Shown one piece after another: positions 11,706 through 22,701 of a DNA stretch of 64,000 bases (positions are counted from its first letter, which is position 1; each line of letters opens with the position of its first letter). The notes beneath the pieces are model-generated. The model ran no database searches and was not told the DNA's origin. It was given only the letters and a program-made list of their open reading frames with translations. The translations under genes and the position numbers were made by a program. The stretch is from Octopus bimaculoides (taxonomy: Eukaryota), in NCBI RefSeq assembly GCF_001194135.2, contig NC_068981.1, forward strand, positions 87,395,069 through 87,459,068, given 5' to 3'.

Positions 11706-14700
11706 CTAATGAAATATTAAATTAATTATTGAAAACAACACCTGTAACATTTTGATGAAGGTTATAATTTCTTAACAAAAAATTAAAAGAAATTAAAATT
11801 CATTACAATAATAACAGTCGTCATGCAGTTTGTCCTGTTATTATAGGTTTAGATGTTAGATCATTTTACAACTATGATATCATAGGACTATATCAGATTG
11901 GAGATCTCTCCTTTCGTACGTGACAGATGAGGGTTCTGCATTCTCTTGCTGAACAAGCTACTGAGACAATTTATTTATAGTGATCAAATGTTTGTGCTGT
12001 ACATTAACTCCTTTCCTCCATTAAATCTGCATTGCCAGTACAGATGTACGTTGTGCCAGATGTCGAAATGATCAAAGAGCAACGTGAAATGAAGTGTTTA
12101 GCTCAAGAGCACAACACCCCGCCCTGTGCTGGAATCGAAACTACAACATTGCGATCATGAATGCAACACAGCAACCACTAGGCCACGTGCTTTCCCAAAT
12201 GATTAATTGATGACGAATATTTTCCGAATAATGTTCAACAGCCATTCACCATGAGGTACATAAGATGAAAAGAAATTGCGATTGTAATAGTTTTTAGCAG
12301 ATCACTTTCAAGGTTGCCAACATCACTTAGATGTGCTTCATAATTCTGATTATCATGGCCCTGCTTGTTTTATGGGCTACAGCTTAAACTTTTAGTATTG
12401 AAGTTCAATGCCAAAATTTAAAGGAAAAGGAATCTATTCTATGTTGTTGTACTTGGGGACGGTCATATTGCCAGTTTTGCCAATAAAAACACACGCACTG
12501 TATATTTGGTGTTAATTTGCTTCAGCTTTATATTACATTATATTACATTAATCCTATTTCGGCCAGAGTTCTTTCGTCACACTTCTGTGACCTCATCAGT
12601 GGTCCTTTGCTTTCTTCTTTCTTCTGTGTGTCACACCTTGCTAACTACAAAATGGCTGATAGTTAGCAAGGTGAGACACACAGAAGAAAGAAGAAAGCAA
12701 AGGACCACTGATGAGGTCACAGAAGTGTGACGAAAGAACTCTGGCCGAAATAGGATTAATGTAATATAATGTAAGCTGAAGCAAATTAACACCAAATATA
12801 CAGTGCGTGTGTTTTTATTGGCAAAACTGGCAATATGACCATCCCCAAGTACAACAACATCTGTTTCAACACACGATTTCACATCAAAAATCTTGCAAAA
12901 CAAATATGTAAACGAATCTATTCTAATCTTTTTGAAATGAAAGGCTCACAAACTATTCTCAAGTTCTTATATAAAAACTTCACAAAAATTTACACACAAA
13001 CGTAGATGCTTAAATTATATCTATCACACAAAACAGAAATTTTCCCTCCCAAAATGATCTAAGAAAACTCATTCATCTTGATGATAAAATCAAACTTCAT
13101 ACAATCAAATCACATAGCTCCTACGTTTCATTCCGCCACCCCCGATAAGTTTTGGGTCTTTTCGAAAGAAAACAGGATTTCTTCCATTTCTGCACTTCGG
13201 AAGTGGCTTTTTTTTTCTTTATTACTGCATACTATGATATTCGTAAATGTCAAAATAAGATACTTTTGTATTAAATAGTAAAATAAGCCTATTTAGATCT
13301 TATTTACCAATTAATACAAAATTTGGATTAGCTGAATGAGAATGGTTATCGTTTAGTTGTGGAACGGTGTAAGTAGTGAACCCTAGCTAAGAAATGGCAA
13401 ATTTAATACCTTAAAATCTTGGCAAATATTTCTAACTCCTTTTTTGTTTTGGGGGGTTTTTTGGGGTTCTTTTGGAAATATCCTCTGTATGTTCCATCTT
13501 CCAATCATTTTTGTAAACGCATTCTTCTTACTCGGTTTTACCTTGTTTTCAGATTCTTTAAGAAATCACAGAAAACAAGAAGTTTATTTACCGCTTTCAT
13601 ACCTATGCCTTAGAAGAACTACATTATAATACACTTTACAGTAATCTGATAATTGTTGCCATATAACAGCTGAACTTTCCCGCATAATCCTCATACTCTC
13701 CTTTTAATGAATGATATTATTTTAAAAGCCTTTGTAAACGATAATTCTAAATTACTAAAACTACTTCGTATTTGCTAATGTTGAAATCATATTTTATACA
13801 CTGACAGTCATAATTCATAATTCTTAGTAATTTTATGCTATCTTTAAAGCGACGAGCGAGCAGAGCAATTAGCATGTCAAACAAAATGCTTAGTGACATT
13901 TCTTCCGTCTTTGTTTCAATGAGGTTGACTTCGGCTCACATTCTTTCAGGGCCGATAAAATAAGTACCACTCAAGTACTAGGGTCGATGTAATCGATTTC
14001 CCCTCTCCTCAAAAACTACTGGCCCTGTGCCCAAGTTTTGAAAACAGCTTTATGCTATCTCTAATTTACTTCTTGAAATTCCTCTTTCGCTATCGTAATT
14101 TGCTGGTGCTATATTTTTCTCAAACATATCGATCAAGCAATTGTACCAGAAAGCCAAGTAAAGTAACAGAGACCATTGTTTGGGTTTGTCAGACGGCATT
14201 TATAAGGTCTTTCTTTCAGAAAAAAAGATTTTACTATTTTCACTATTCATAATCTTTCTTTTATTTTCTACTTCTTAACCACACAGCCATGATTATTGAA
14301 CAGTAAAAATAAATCATTCCACTACATAATTCAAATTGAACTCAGAAAAAAATTTGTTCAACCTAGGAAAGTGTAACACTAAAATAACAAGAAGGTACAC
14401 ATCAAATAGTAATTCAATAACCCTTATGTTTCTCATTGTATCAAATGTTTAAAAGTGACCGTTTCCTTACCTTATTTACGGCAAAAGTTGTTAAGCTTAC
14501 TAAAGGAATAACTGAAAGCAGGACTAATGTCACTTTCCATTGATAAGAAAATCCAACTGCTATAGCCCCAATACAGCCACAAATTGTTTGAACCAAGGTG
14601 CCAAAACTGCTTCCCATGCCACGAGAGATTGTGATCATCGATCTAGAAAATATATACATCAAAAAATTCTATTACAAACATTATTTAAGAATGAAGGAAA

Positions 14701-17700
14701 ACAAAAGTTAACTTAATTCTAAGAAATTATTTAATACTAAAAATATTCAAGTAATGTCGGTTTCTGGTTTAGGTTCAAGGTCAACAATTTTAAGAGAAGG
14801 AAATAAGTCGATAACAATGACGCCAGTGTTTGACTGGTACTTTGTGTTCTCAACCCCGGAAAAAATGAAAGTTGATCTCGGCAGGAGTCGAACACAGAAT
14901 GTGCAAGTTGGGAAGTAAATACCTGAAAGTATTTTGGTCAAGACTTTAACAATTCCGTCGACTTACCGCCCCGGTACTCAGCTAATATATTGGTTTCAAA
15001 TTTTGACGCAAGGTCAGTAATTTCGGGAGAATGGGTAAGTCGGTTACATTGACCCAAGTGCTCAACTGGTACTTATTTTATTGACATCGATAGGATGGAA
15101 GGCATAGTCGACCTCGGCAGAATTTGAACTCAAAACATAAAAACAGACGAAATGTCATTAAGCATTTTGTCTGGCATACAAACAATTCTGCCAGTTTGCC
15201 ATCCTGTACTCAACTAATATTGATTTCAAATTCTGGTACAAGGTCGGCAATTTCAGAAAAGGGGTTAAGGCGATTACATCGACCCCCAGGGCCCAACTGG
15301 CACTCATTTTATCAATCCCGAAAGGATAAAAGGCAAAATCAGCCTCGGCGAAATTTAAACTCAGAAGTAAAGACCGATAAAATGCTACTCGGCATTTTGC
15401 CTGGTGTGCTAACAATTTTGCCCGCTCACTGCCTAGCATTCGACTAATATCAAATGATGAAATACTTACTCTGCCTGATAGTTGATTAACATTCCAGGGG
15501 TATGCTTGTCAAACCATGATAGATCTTGCCGCAAAATGCTTCTCATAACATTTTTCCTCATGCAAAGCATTTGTCTGTCTGTGGAAATTCTCCAGAGAGC
15601 ATTACCAAAGCTTCCGACAAATACTGCACCTGCTAATGCTAAAGATACAGAAAAAAATGTTTGAATGGAAACCTGGTTGAGTAAATGTATGTTGGTATAG
15701 GTTTCACATTTTGGCTCAAGGTCAGCAATTTCAGAGAAGGGGTTAAGTTGACTACGTCGACCCCCAGAGCTTATTTTGCTGACCTTGAAAGGGATGAAAG
15801 ACAAGGTCGACTCAGAACGTAAAGACAGACGAGATACTGCTAAGCATTTTGCCTGGCGTGCTGACGATTCTGCCACCTCGCTGCCTTATATGTATATTAA
15901 TATTGATAAACTTTAATAAAACAATAAACTGGCAGAACCGGTTAGTATGCCGGGTAAAATGCTTAGCGGCATTTCGTCCATCTTTACATTCTGAGTTCAA
16001 ATTCTGCAGAGGTTGACTTAGCCTTTCATTCTTTCAGAGTCGATAAAATAAGTACCAGTTGAGTACTGGGGTCAAAGTCATCGACCTACCCATCCTCCGA
16101 AGATACTGGCTTTGTGACAAAATTTGAAAACAATATTGATAAACTTTAATAACATTAATGCTATAAATAGTAGAGGCGCATGGGTTAGTGATTAGGGTGT
16201 TGGACTCATGATCATATGGTTTCGATTCCTGGACTGGGCAATGTTTTGTGCTCTTGAGTAAGTCATTTCATTTCACGTTGCTCCTGTTCAGTTAGCTGGC
16301 AAAGAAAAAAGAAATTCTGTGATGGACTGACGTTCCGTCCAGATGGGAAATATATAAGTCCCAGAAACCGGCTTTAAGAGTCTATAGGTAGGACTCTACC
16401 AGATCTGTTAATCCACCGCCCTATTACGTTTATGTTATTAAAATAGGTATTTGTCTTATTCATTAATGAAATATATGTATGTATGCGCATACATGCTGTA
16501 TGTATTTCAGCCCATAGTCAGTGTTACAAGAAAGGCTATCGATGATAATTGGACTTGCAATTAACGAAATACTTTAATTATCACAAAATTCTACCTAAAA
16601 AATTTTTAACTAAATCAAACAGAAATATTTGCCATTTAACTGATAAATTCAAAACTATCAAATTATTTCAAAGACCCGATTTCTCTTCATCTAATCTAAA
16701 ACCTATTTCAGAGAAAGTCTTACTCTCTTTACATATTATTCTTTATCCAGTCTCACGCAAGAAAAGTACATTCGCAATTTTACACTGTTAAAGATGTCGA
16801 ACCGAAGGGACGCCGGACGAAATACATAGCAGTATTTCTTCCGACTTTGTGTTCTGAGCTCAAATTCCGCCGAGGTTGAATTTACCTTTCATCCCTTTAT
16901 AGTCAATAAAATATAAACTAGTTGAGCATTGGGATCTTTTATGTTTGGCTGTCACTTTTCAGTTTCTGGATCTGTTCAATTTCGTCCAATTGATTTCAAA
17001 TTTGGTACATTGGTGTAGTTTTGTATGCTAATTTTCATTTTCACCATTTATCAATAAAAAAAAGCAGTTGATAGCTTTTAAAGTTTGCAAATTTGGGATA
17101 ATTTTAACCAATCGAAAGCCACAGACATATAGGTGCCTGTTTCCATAGTAACAAGCCAAGCGTTTGCACTCTCCTGTATAAATCATGTGTGCTTATGAAA
17201 AACAAAATGTGTTGTTTACTCTTTTTTTCGAACTGGACAGCAGTTTGTTTTTTCTGCTCTTAAAACTACAAAATATGTTGTTTACTCGTTTTTTAGTAAT
17301 TTTCGTTTATTAAATACTTATTACACGTGCTATCGTCGCAACTTTGTAACTTCTTCAAGACTTTTTTCTAGAACAAGTGAATTATATCTTGAGATTCAGC
17401 GTGAAAATTTACATCAATACACCAAATTTGAAAATTTTCACTTAATTTTAAAATTTAAAAAGGTGCAAACAAACAGAAATAATCCGAGCACTGGGGTCGA
17501 TGTAATCGACAAGCCCTTCCTCCCACAATTTCAGGCCTTGTGCCTATAGCAGAAAAGGTTATTAAATAGCTTACTGGTACTATTTTATAATATTTGTACA
17601 TAGTTTCAAAAGTCTTCCATCAACTATTCTAAACAATATATTTGTTTCTTAATATTTAAGATATAAAACAATGATTCAATAATTTACGACCTTATATAAA

Positions 17701-20700
17701 CACCTTAAATTAGAAAACCGTAATGTAATGTGTCGAGAATCAATTAGCTTAGATGCAGCCAGGCTCTCTCTAAACTGTTAATAACAAACCGATATTGAAA
17801 CTGCAAAGTGAAGTAAAGTGACTGAATCGAAAATCGAACCAATCTAGTAGAAACATTATATATTTATTAAAATAAAAGTGACTGGGAAAATCTTACCTAG
17901 AAATTGGTAAATATCATCGCTTATCTCATCGAGTACAACTTCATCAGGAACGGTATCATTGAAATTGCATATCCTACCAAAAGAAAGTAAATTGTATGGA
18001 AATTCCAGTATTTTGATAAATTTTGTCAGAATCCACGAATAGTATAAGTCCTCAAATAGTTTCCTGTTGTGTTGTGCGGAACTGATTTTTTTATTTACTT
18101 GAAAAACTATATTTAATCATTTAAAATATTCGACCAGTAACCTATGTCTTTTATGTGTGCTTTTAGTCAAATAAGGCAGAGTAGGGCCCTTAATGTTTAA
18201 CATGCCCTCCCATGTAATTGGTGCAGTTCATGATCACATTTAACATCTGTATGCTGGTGTTCATCGATCAAATGTGGACAGGGGGAAATTGCAGAGGATA
18301 ACAGTTCTGGGAATGAAGGAACGGCTGAAGTGTTTATTGGAGTCTGAAAGGTGAGACAAAGAGTGGCGAGAGGAGGGCAGCTGAATGCGACAGCGTTCCT
18401 TAGGGCTGAGAGTAAACATCTTTATAAACGGGTCGCTGCAGTGTCATTGTAAAAAGCAAAGAGAGGCAACACGTCTGTTGGCTAGATGATGAAACCATTT
18501 GATACTGAATCTTTGATAATTAATTGAATAACTTACTTTAAAATTCTGTCTCTATTCTTAAGAGAGACAGAACCATTCTGGGGGTGAATGTAGTACACTG
18601 GTGTAGGTCTTACTTGTACTTTGTACAGGTTTGCAGTTGAGAAGAAATAAAACTGTTTTTTTCGGGGTGGGGGGTCTGTAATGTTATATATGAGAGATAA
18701 CACCCATAAGACATCATCAGAAACATGTGCACTTGTCTCTTCCAGCTTTACCCAGCTGTAATATTAGACATATGTTTGGGATAGAAACTGGCTTAATATA
18801 TTTTTTTGCAATTAAGGCAGCGAGCTGGCAGAACTGTTAGTACGCCGTCTTTACGTTTTGAGTTCAAAATCCACGAAGATCGACTTTGCCTTTTATCCTT
18901 TCGGGATCGATAAAATAATTACCAGTCGAGCACTGGGATCGATGTAATCGACTTACCCTCTCCCAAAAAATTGCTGGCCTTATGCCGAAATGTGAAACCA
19001 ATATATTTTTTTTGCAATTACAATGACAATAAATTGGTTTGAATTGAACTGAATTAAACTGCTTGAAGATACACTATCATTTTTTTATATTCTATTAGTA
19101 AAGCAGTAACATAATATATCAAATAAATGTTCATCACTCGAATGCAGAGATTTTTATATGAATTATGAAGCAATTAGTAATGTTATATGTTATCAAAAGA
19201 ACAGATATTGCAACCAATTCACTCTCAAAATGACCGCGGTATCTGTATCAACAAATCTTGTAACACACCCAAAAGAACGCCCGAAACATTTTTTCAAGGC
19301 TAACCAGATGCACTTGCTCTGATATGATAATAAGCTGCACCATAGCAGAATAATAATACAGATTTCGTTCCATGGTTAAAGATTGTTTTTAAAACGCGTA
19401 CTACAGATTGTTATTCAATCAATTCGTTTCAATAATTTTTATCATAGACAATTGAATGTAATTCTTTCAGAGTGCATTTATTTTTTGGTGTAAAAAGAAA
19501 AATAATAGACAGCAACTTTCAGGGTCGAAGAGATGACATGTGTATTACAAAATATAGTTTTCAAAGATGCTCTGTCCCAAGACTACACCTCCAGACTGTG
19601 GATTTTACACGATTTTCAGAACCATACGCTTTTCAAAGGAAATCATATATTTCCTGGTACTTTTTACCTTCCAGTAATCTTATAGTTTTCAAAATAACTG
19701 TGAAATTTCCACGTACTCAACTAGAATTGATAAAACATTTGATCTAAATGCGTTCACAAAAGTAATACAACTTACCTTTCTACAGTTAAATGTGATTCAG
19801 CTAATTTCTTTGCCACATCGCTAAATACAATTACGTACACAACTATTACCATCCCATGTATAGCAGACAAAATGGTTGCAATTATCATGAGGAATATATC
19901 AAACCTCGTTGCAAAGCGAAACTGAAAAATAGAAATATAATGTTTCCAAGTAATAATACATTAGATAGTAAATTCATCGCCTCAATCACTGCCACCAATG
20001 TTATTGTTATTATCGTAATTATTATCATAAACATTATTAATATTTCGGTGAATTTAGCTTGCTTCGTTATTACTAAGTTTTTGTTCATGTAGATCTGGTG
20101 TGTGTTTATGGTCGTTCTAATACATAATATTAGAATATTCATTCAAGATTGAAAGGAATAACAGAATGTTTCTTAATTTAAATAAATACCCTAAACTGTG
20201 TTCTCTCTTTTGTAGTTGCGTAAGAAAATCCACCCACAAAAAAAATTACGAAATATTCATTAGCAAACATTCCATTCAAAATTAAGAACTGAATAGGCAC
20301 TAATACAAATTGCAATTAAAACAAAACATTTAGAATTAAATTTCATCTTATTCAGACACTTGTGAATGACTGGAATAACCTTTCCTGAGGAAACTGAAAA
20401 AGAAACAGTAGATTCTTGTTCAGATGTTAGCATTTCAGATAAAACTTTGTTAATTTCGTCTTAATTAATAATTGAGGCATGTTCTTATTAACGATAAATA
20501 TCAGCAGCATAAAGGAAGCGAACTGACAGAACCGGTTAGCACGTCGTGTAACATGCTTAACAGTATTTCGTTCATCTTTATGCTCTGAATTCAAAATCTG
20601 CCGAGGTTGACTTTGCCTTTCATCCCTTTGGGGTCGATAAAATAAGTACCTGTTCAACACTGCGGACGATGAAATCGACTTACCCCCTGCCCCGAAATTG

Positions 20701-21399
20701 CTGGCCTTGTGCCAAAGCTTGAAACCAATATTTCTTCGAAAAATCATGTATTTCTAACGTGCAATCGTTATCTCATGAGAAACTTTAATTGCGTTTTCAT
20801 CCTCTTTTGTTTCACAATCTGAAAATTATAACCATCCAAGCGAAACAATATTTAGCACCTTTGCAGGTACAGGAAATTTTAACTTCCCTGAAAAGCCTGA
20901 GCAGAGAGAGAGAGGCAAGAAACTGACTCTGAGAGAGGCAAGAAACTGACTCTGAGAGAGGCAAGAAACTGACTCGACCAAAATAAAATTTATCATTAAT
21001 CTCTTCTATGGTATTGAGTACTTTTTTCCAACAGTCAACACTAAATGTGTGTGTGTTTCTATGTGTGTGTGTTTCTATGTGTGTGTGTTTCTATGTGTGT
21101 GTGTTTCTATGTGTGTGTGTTTCTATGTGTGTGTGTTTTTATGTGTGTGTGTTTCTATGTGTGTGTGTTTCTATGTGCGTGTGTGTGTGAGTTCGAGATT
21201 TAAAATATTTAGTTGATTTTTCTTTTCATTTATTGTTTAGTCTCTTCACACAAATTAGACGTTACTTTATAGGTTTTTACAGAAACATTCTTATGCATTA
21301 TCTACTTACCAATTGATAGAATGCTATTTTAGCCGGCATCTTGGTTTTATTTTCGGTTTCACCACTTTTATCTTCTGCTTCGTTCATATCTGAAAACAT
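11581..21399 (-). CDS. ABCB1: ABCB1/P-glycoprotein-like ABC transporter, partial (TMD1 N-terminal 259 codons, six exons)
   Basis: join(21399-21310,19921-19776,17973-17897,15638-15470,14642-14471,11705-11581) is open across all GT-AG junctions (phases 0,2,1,2,0, ending in 2). Motifs AFYQLFRFAT, ILRQDLSWFD, QWKVTLVLLSVIP and EEVISSIKTVVAFGGEKKEIQR. The symbol indicates family; orthology is untested. Confidence 0.92.
12030..12195 (-). mobile_element. SINE family D 5' fragment
   Basis: Reverse complement of the tRNA-like head (GTGGTT..TTTCGATTCC..GTGTTGTG.TCTTGAGC) seen at 46125 and 55710. Confidence 0.7.
12441..12860. repeat. near-perfect inverted repeat (207/201-bp arms, 12-bp spacer), Penelope pLTR-like
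   Basis: 12441-12647 is the reverse complement of 12660-12860, with two substitutions and one 6-bp indel that I could find. Spacer is CAAAATGGCTGA. Confidence 0.97.
12702..12746 (+). ncRNA. minimal hammerhead ribozyme-like motif (mirror copy on minus strand in the left arm)
   Basis: GGACCA-CTGATGA-G-GTCAC agaagt GTGAC-GAAA-G AA C-TC|TGGCC contains the core, a 5-bp stem II, GAAA, a minimal stem III, a CUC triplet and an imperfect stem I. Confidence 0.65.
14471..14642 (-). CDS. ABCB1: ABCB-like coding exon 5 (172 bp)
   Basis: TTTTCTAG|ATCG...AATAAG|GTAAG; encodes SMITISRGMGSSFGTLVQ...VIPLVSLTTFAVNK. Confidence 0.95.
14760..15445 (-). mobile_element. three tandem SINE family B copies filling the ABCB intron between exons 4 and 5
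   Basis: Reverse-complement core at about 14760-14960, 14990-15200 and 15220-15445. Confidence 0.8.
15470..15638 (-). CDS. ABCB1: ABCB-like coding exon 4 (169 bp)
   Basis: Acceptor TTTTTTCTGTATCTTTAG|CATTAG gives the phase 1 required by exon 3. Encodes LAGAVFVGSFGNALWRISTDRQMLCMRKNVMRSILRQDLSWFDKHTPGMLINYQA. Donor GA|GTAAG. A second in-phase AG 9 nt downstream is possible. Confidence 0.9.
15690..15885 (-). mobile_element. SINE family B copy
   Basis: Reverse-complement core motif. Confidence 0.8.
15920..16131 (+). mobile_element. SINE family B copy with 21-bp TSD
   Basis: Flanked by AATATTGATAAACTTTAATAA at 15899-15919 and 16132-16152. Confidence 0.9.
17897..17973 (-). CDS. ABCB1: ABCB-like coding exon 3 (77 bp, extracellular loop 1)
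   Basis: TTTCTTTTGGTAG|GATA...CTAG|GTAAG; encodes ICNFNDTVPDEVVLDEISDDIYQFL with an NDT sequon. Bridges phase 2 to phase 1. Confidence 0.88.
18220..18480 (-). mobile_element. possible CR1/Jockey-like LINE 3' fragment
   Basis: The minus strand gives SNKHFSRSFIPRTVILCNFP, resembling the RT C-terminal motif SFxPRTxxxWNxLP. Confidence 0.45.
18815..19000 (+). mobile_element. SINE family B copy
   Basis: AAGGCAGCGAGCTGGCAGAA head and the core motif. Confidence 0.8.
19776..19921 (-). CDS. ABCB1: ABCB-like coding exon 2 (146 bp, TM1)
   Basis: TTTTTCAG|TTTCGC...GAAAG|GTAAG; encodes FRFATRFDIFLMIIATILSAIHGMVIVVYVIVFSDVAKKL. Confidence 0.93.
20510..20730 (+). mobile_element. SINE family B copy
   Basis: Core motif, as in the other copies. 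Confidence 0.8.
20908..20975. repeat. 23-bp tandem repeat x3
   Basis: Unit GAGAGAGGCAAGAAACTGACTCT. Confidence 0.95.
21045..21190. repeat. 16-bp tandem repeat about x9
   Basis: Unit TTTCTATGTGTGTGTG. Confidence 0.9.
21310..21399 (-). CDS. ABCB1: ABCB-like first coding exon
   Basis: Encodes MFSDMNEAEDKSGETENKTKMPAKIAFYQL|GTAAG and joins in phase 0 to FRFAT. The start could instead be the ATG at 21387 after the acceptor-like TTTTCAG. Confidence 0.85.
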
Positions 21400-22078
21400 G
21401 TTTCTTTCTTTAAATTTTGTTTGGAATTTCAATAATATTCTAATCATATACAACACGTAAAAGTATCCCAATCAACTAATTGGCTATATCTAAGCAATAC
21501 TCACACACACACACACACACTTACATGTGTGTGTGTGTGTGCGTGTGTACATATATAATAGAGGCGAATAAGGATATATTATATAACATACAAGATAAAT
21601 TTTTAATTCATTGAAATTATCTCCGCTTTCAAAATAGGTAGGCCAATCCCTTGAAAGCAATTAGTACCAACTCCAAATGAGAAAGCGAGGTTATCTCAAG
21701 AATCAAAAATTCTCCAAACTGGCCATGTTATTTTGGAAAAATTGGTCTACTTGTCTGAAGACAGACAACTGTTGGGTAATTATTTCTGCCTCAATAGATG
21801 TCCTCAGCACAGCAATTATCCAATCTTATCTTCAGCAGACGAGACACAAGACACTAAGACATAAAAAAAAGAGTAGAACGCATTTATGATCCTATGTAAA
21901 TAATATAATTGAAACATAATAAAGATGAATAAGGTTATATGTGTGAGTTTGTGCGTACGTGTGTGTGTGTATTTGTGTGTATGTGTGTGTGAGTGTGCGT
22001 GTGGATTTGTGTGTGTGTGTGAATCTGTGTATTTGTGTGAGAGTGTGTATGTATTTGTGTGTGTGTGTGTGTATTTTC

Positions 22079-22112
<34 letters not shown>

Positions 22113-22302
22113 ACATGTGTAAATATACTTGTGTCGTGAAGAAGTTGGCTTTGCAACCATGTGATTTCGAGTTCAGTCCCCTTGTGCTGCACCTTGGGCA
22201 AGAGTCTTCTACTATAGTCCCGGGCCTACCAATGCCTTGTGAGTAAATTTGATGGACAGTAACTGTACGAAAGTTTGGCATATATATTATTGTGTGTGTG
22301 TA

Positions 22303-22360
<58 letters not shown>

Positions 22361-22701
22361 NNNNNNNNNNNNNNNNNNNNNNNNNNNNNNNNNNNNNNNN
22401 NNNNNNNNNNNNNNNNNNNNNNNNNNNNNNNNNNNNNNNNNNNNNNNNNNNNNNNNNNNNNNNNNNNNNNNNNNNNNNNNNNNNNNNNNNNNNNNNNNNN
22501 NNNNNNNNNNNNNNNNNNNNNNNNNNNNNNNNNNNNNNNNNNNNNNNNNNNNNNNNNNNNNNNNNNNNNNNNNNNNNNNNNNNNNNNNNNNNNNNNNNNN
22601 NNNNNNNNNNNNNNNNNNNNNNNNNNNNNNNNNNNNNNNNNNNNNNNNNNNNNNNNNNNNNNNNNNNNNNNNNNNNNNNNNNNNNNNNNNNNNNNNNNNN
22701 N

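Noticed and set aside
14070-14205. Minus-strand peptide WSLLLYLAFWYN resembling ABCB TM5 (ALAFWYG)
   Set aside because: It is out of exon order, has no usable splice sites, and its flanks are not ABCB-like.
15639-15672. Upstream extension of ABCB exon 4 to the AG at 15673 (VSIQTFFSVSL)
   Set aside because: This gives phase 0, which is incompatible with the phase-1 end of exon 3. The segment is the polypyrimidine tract.
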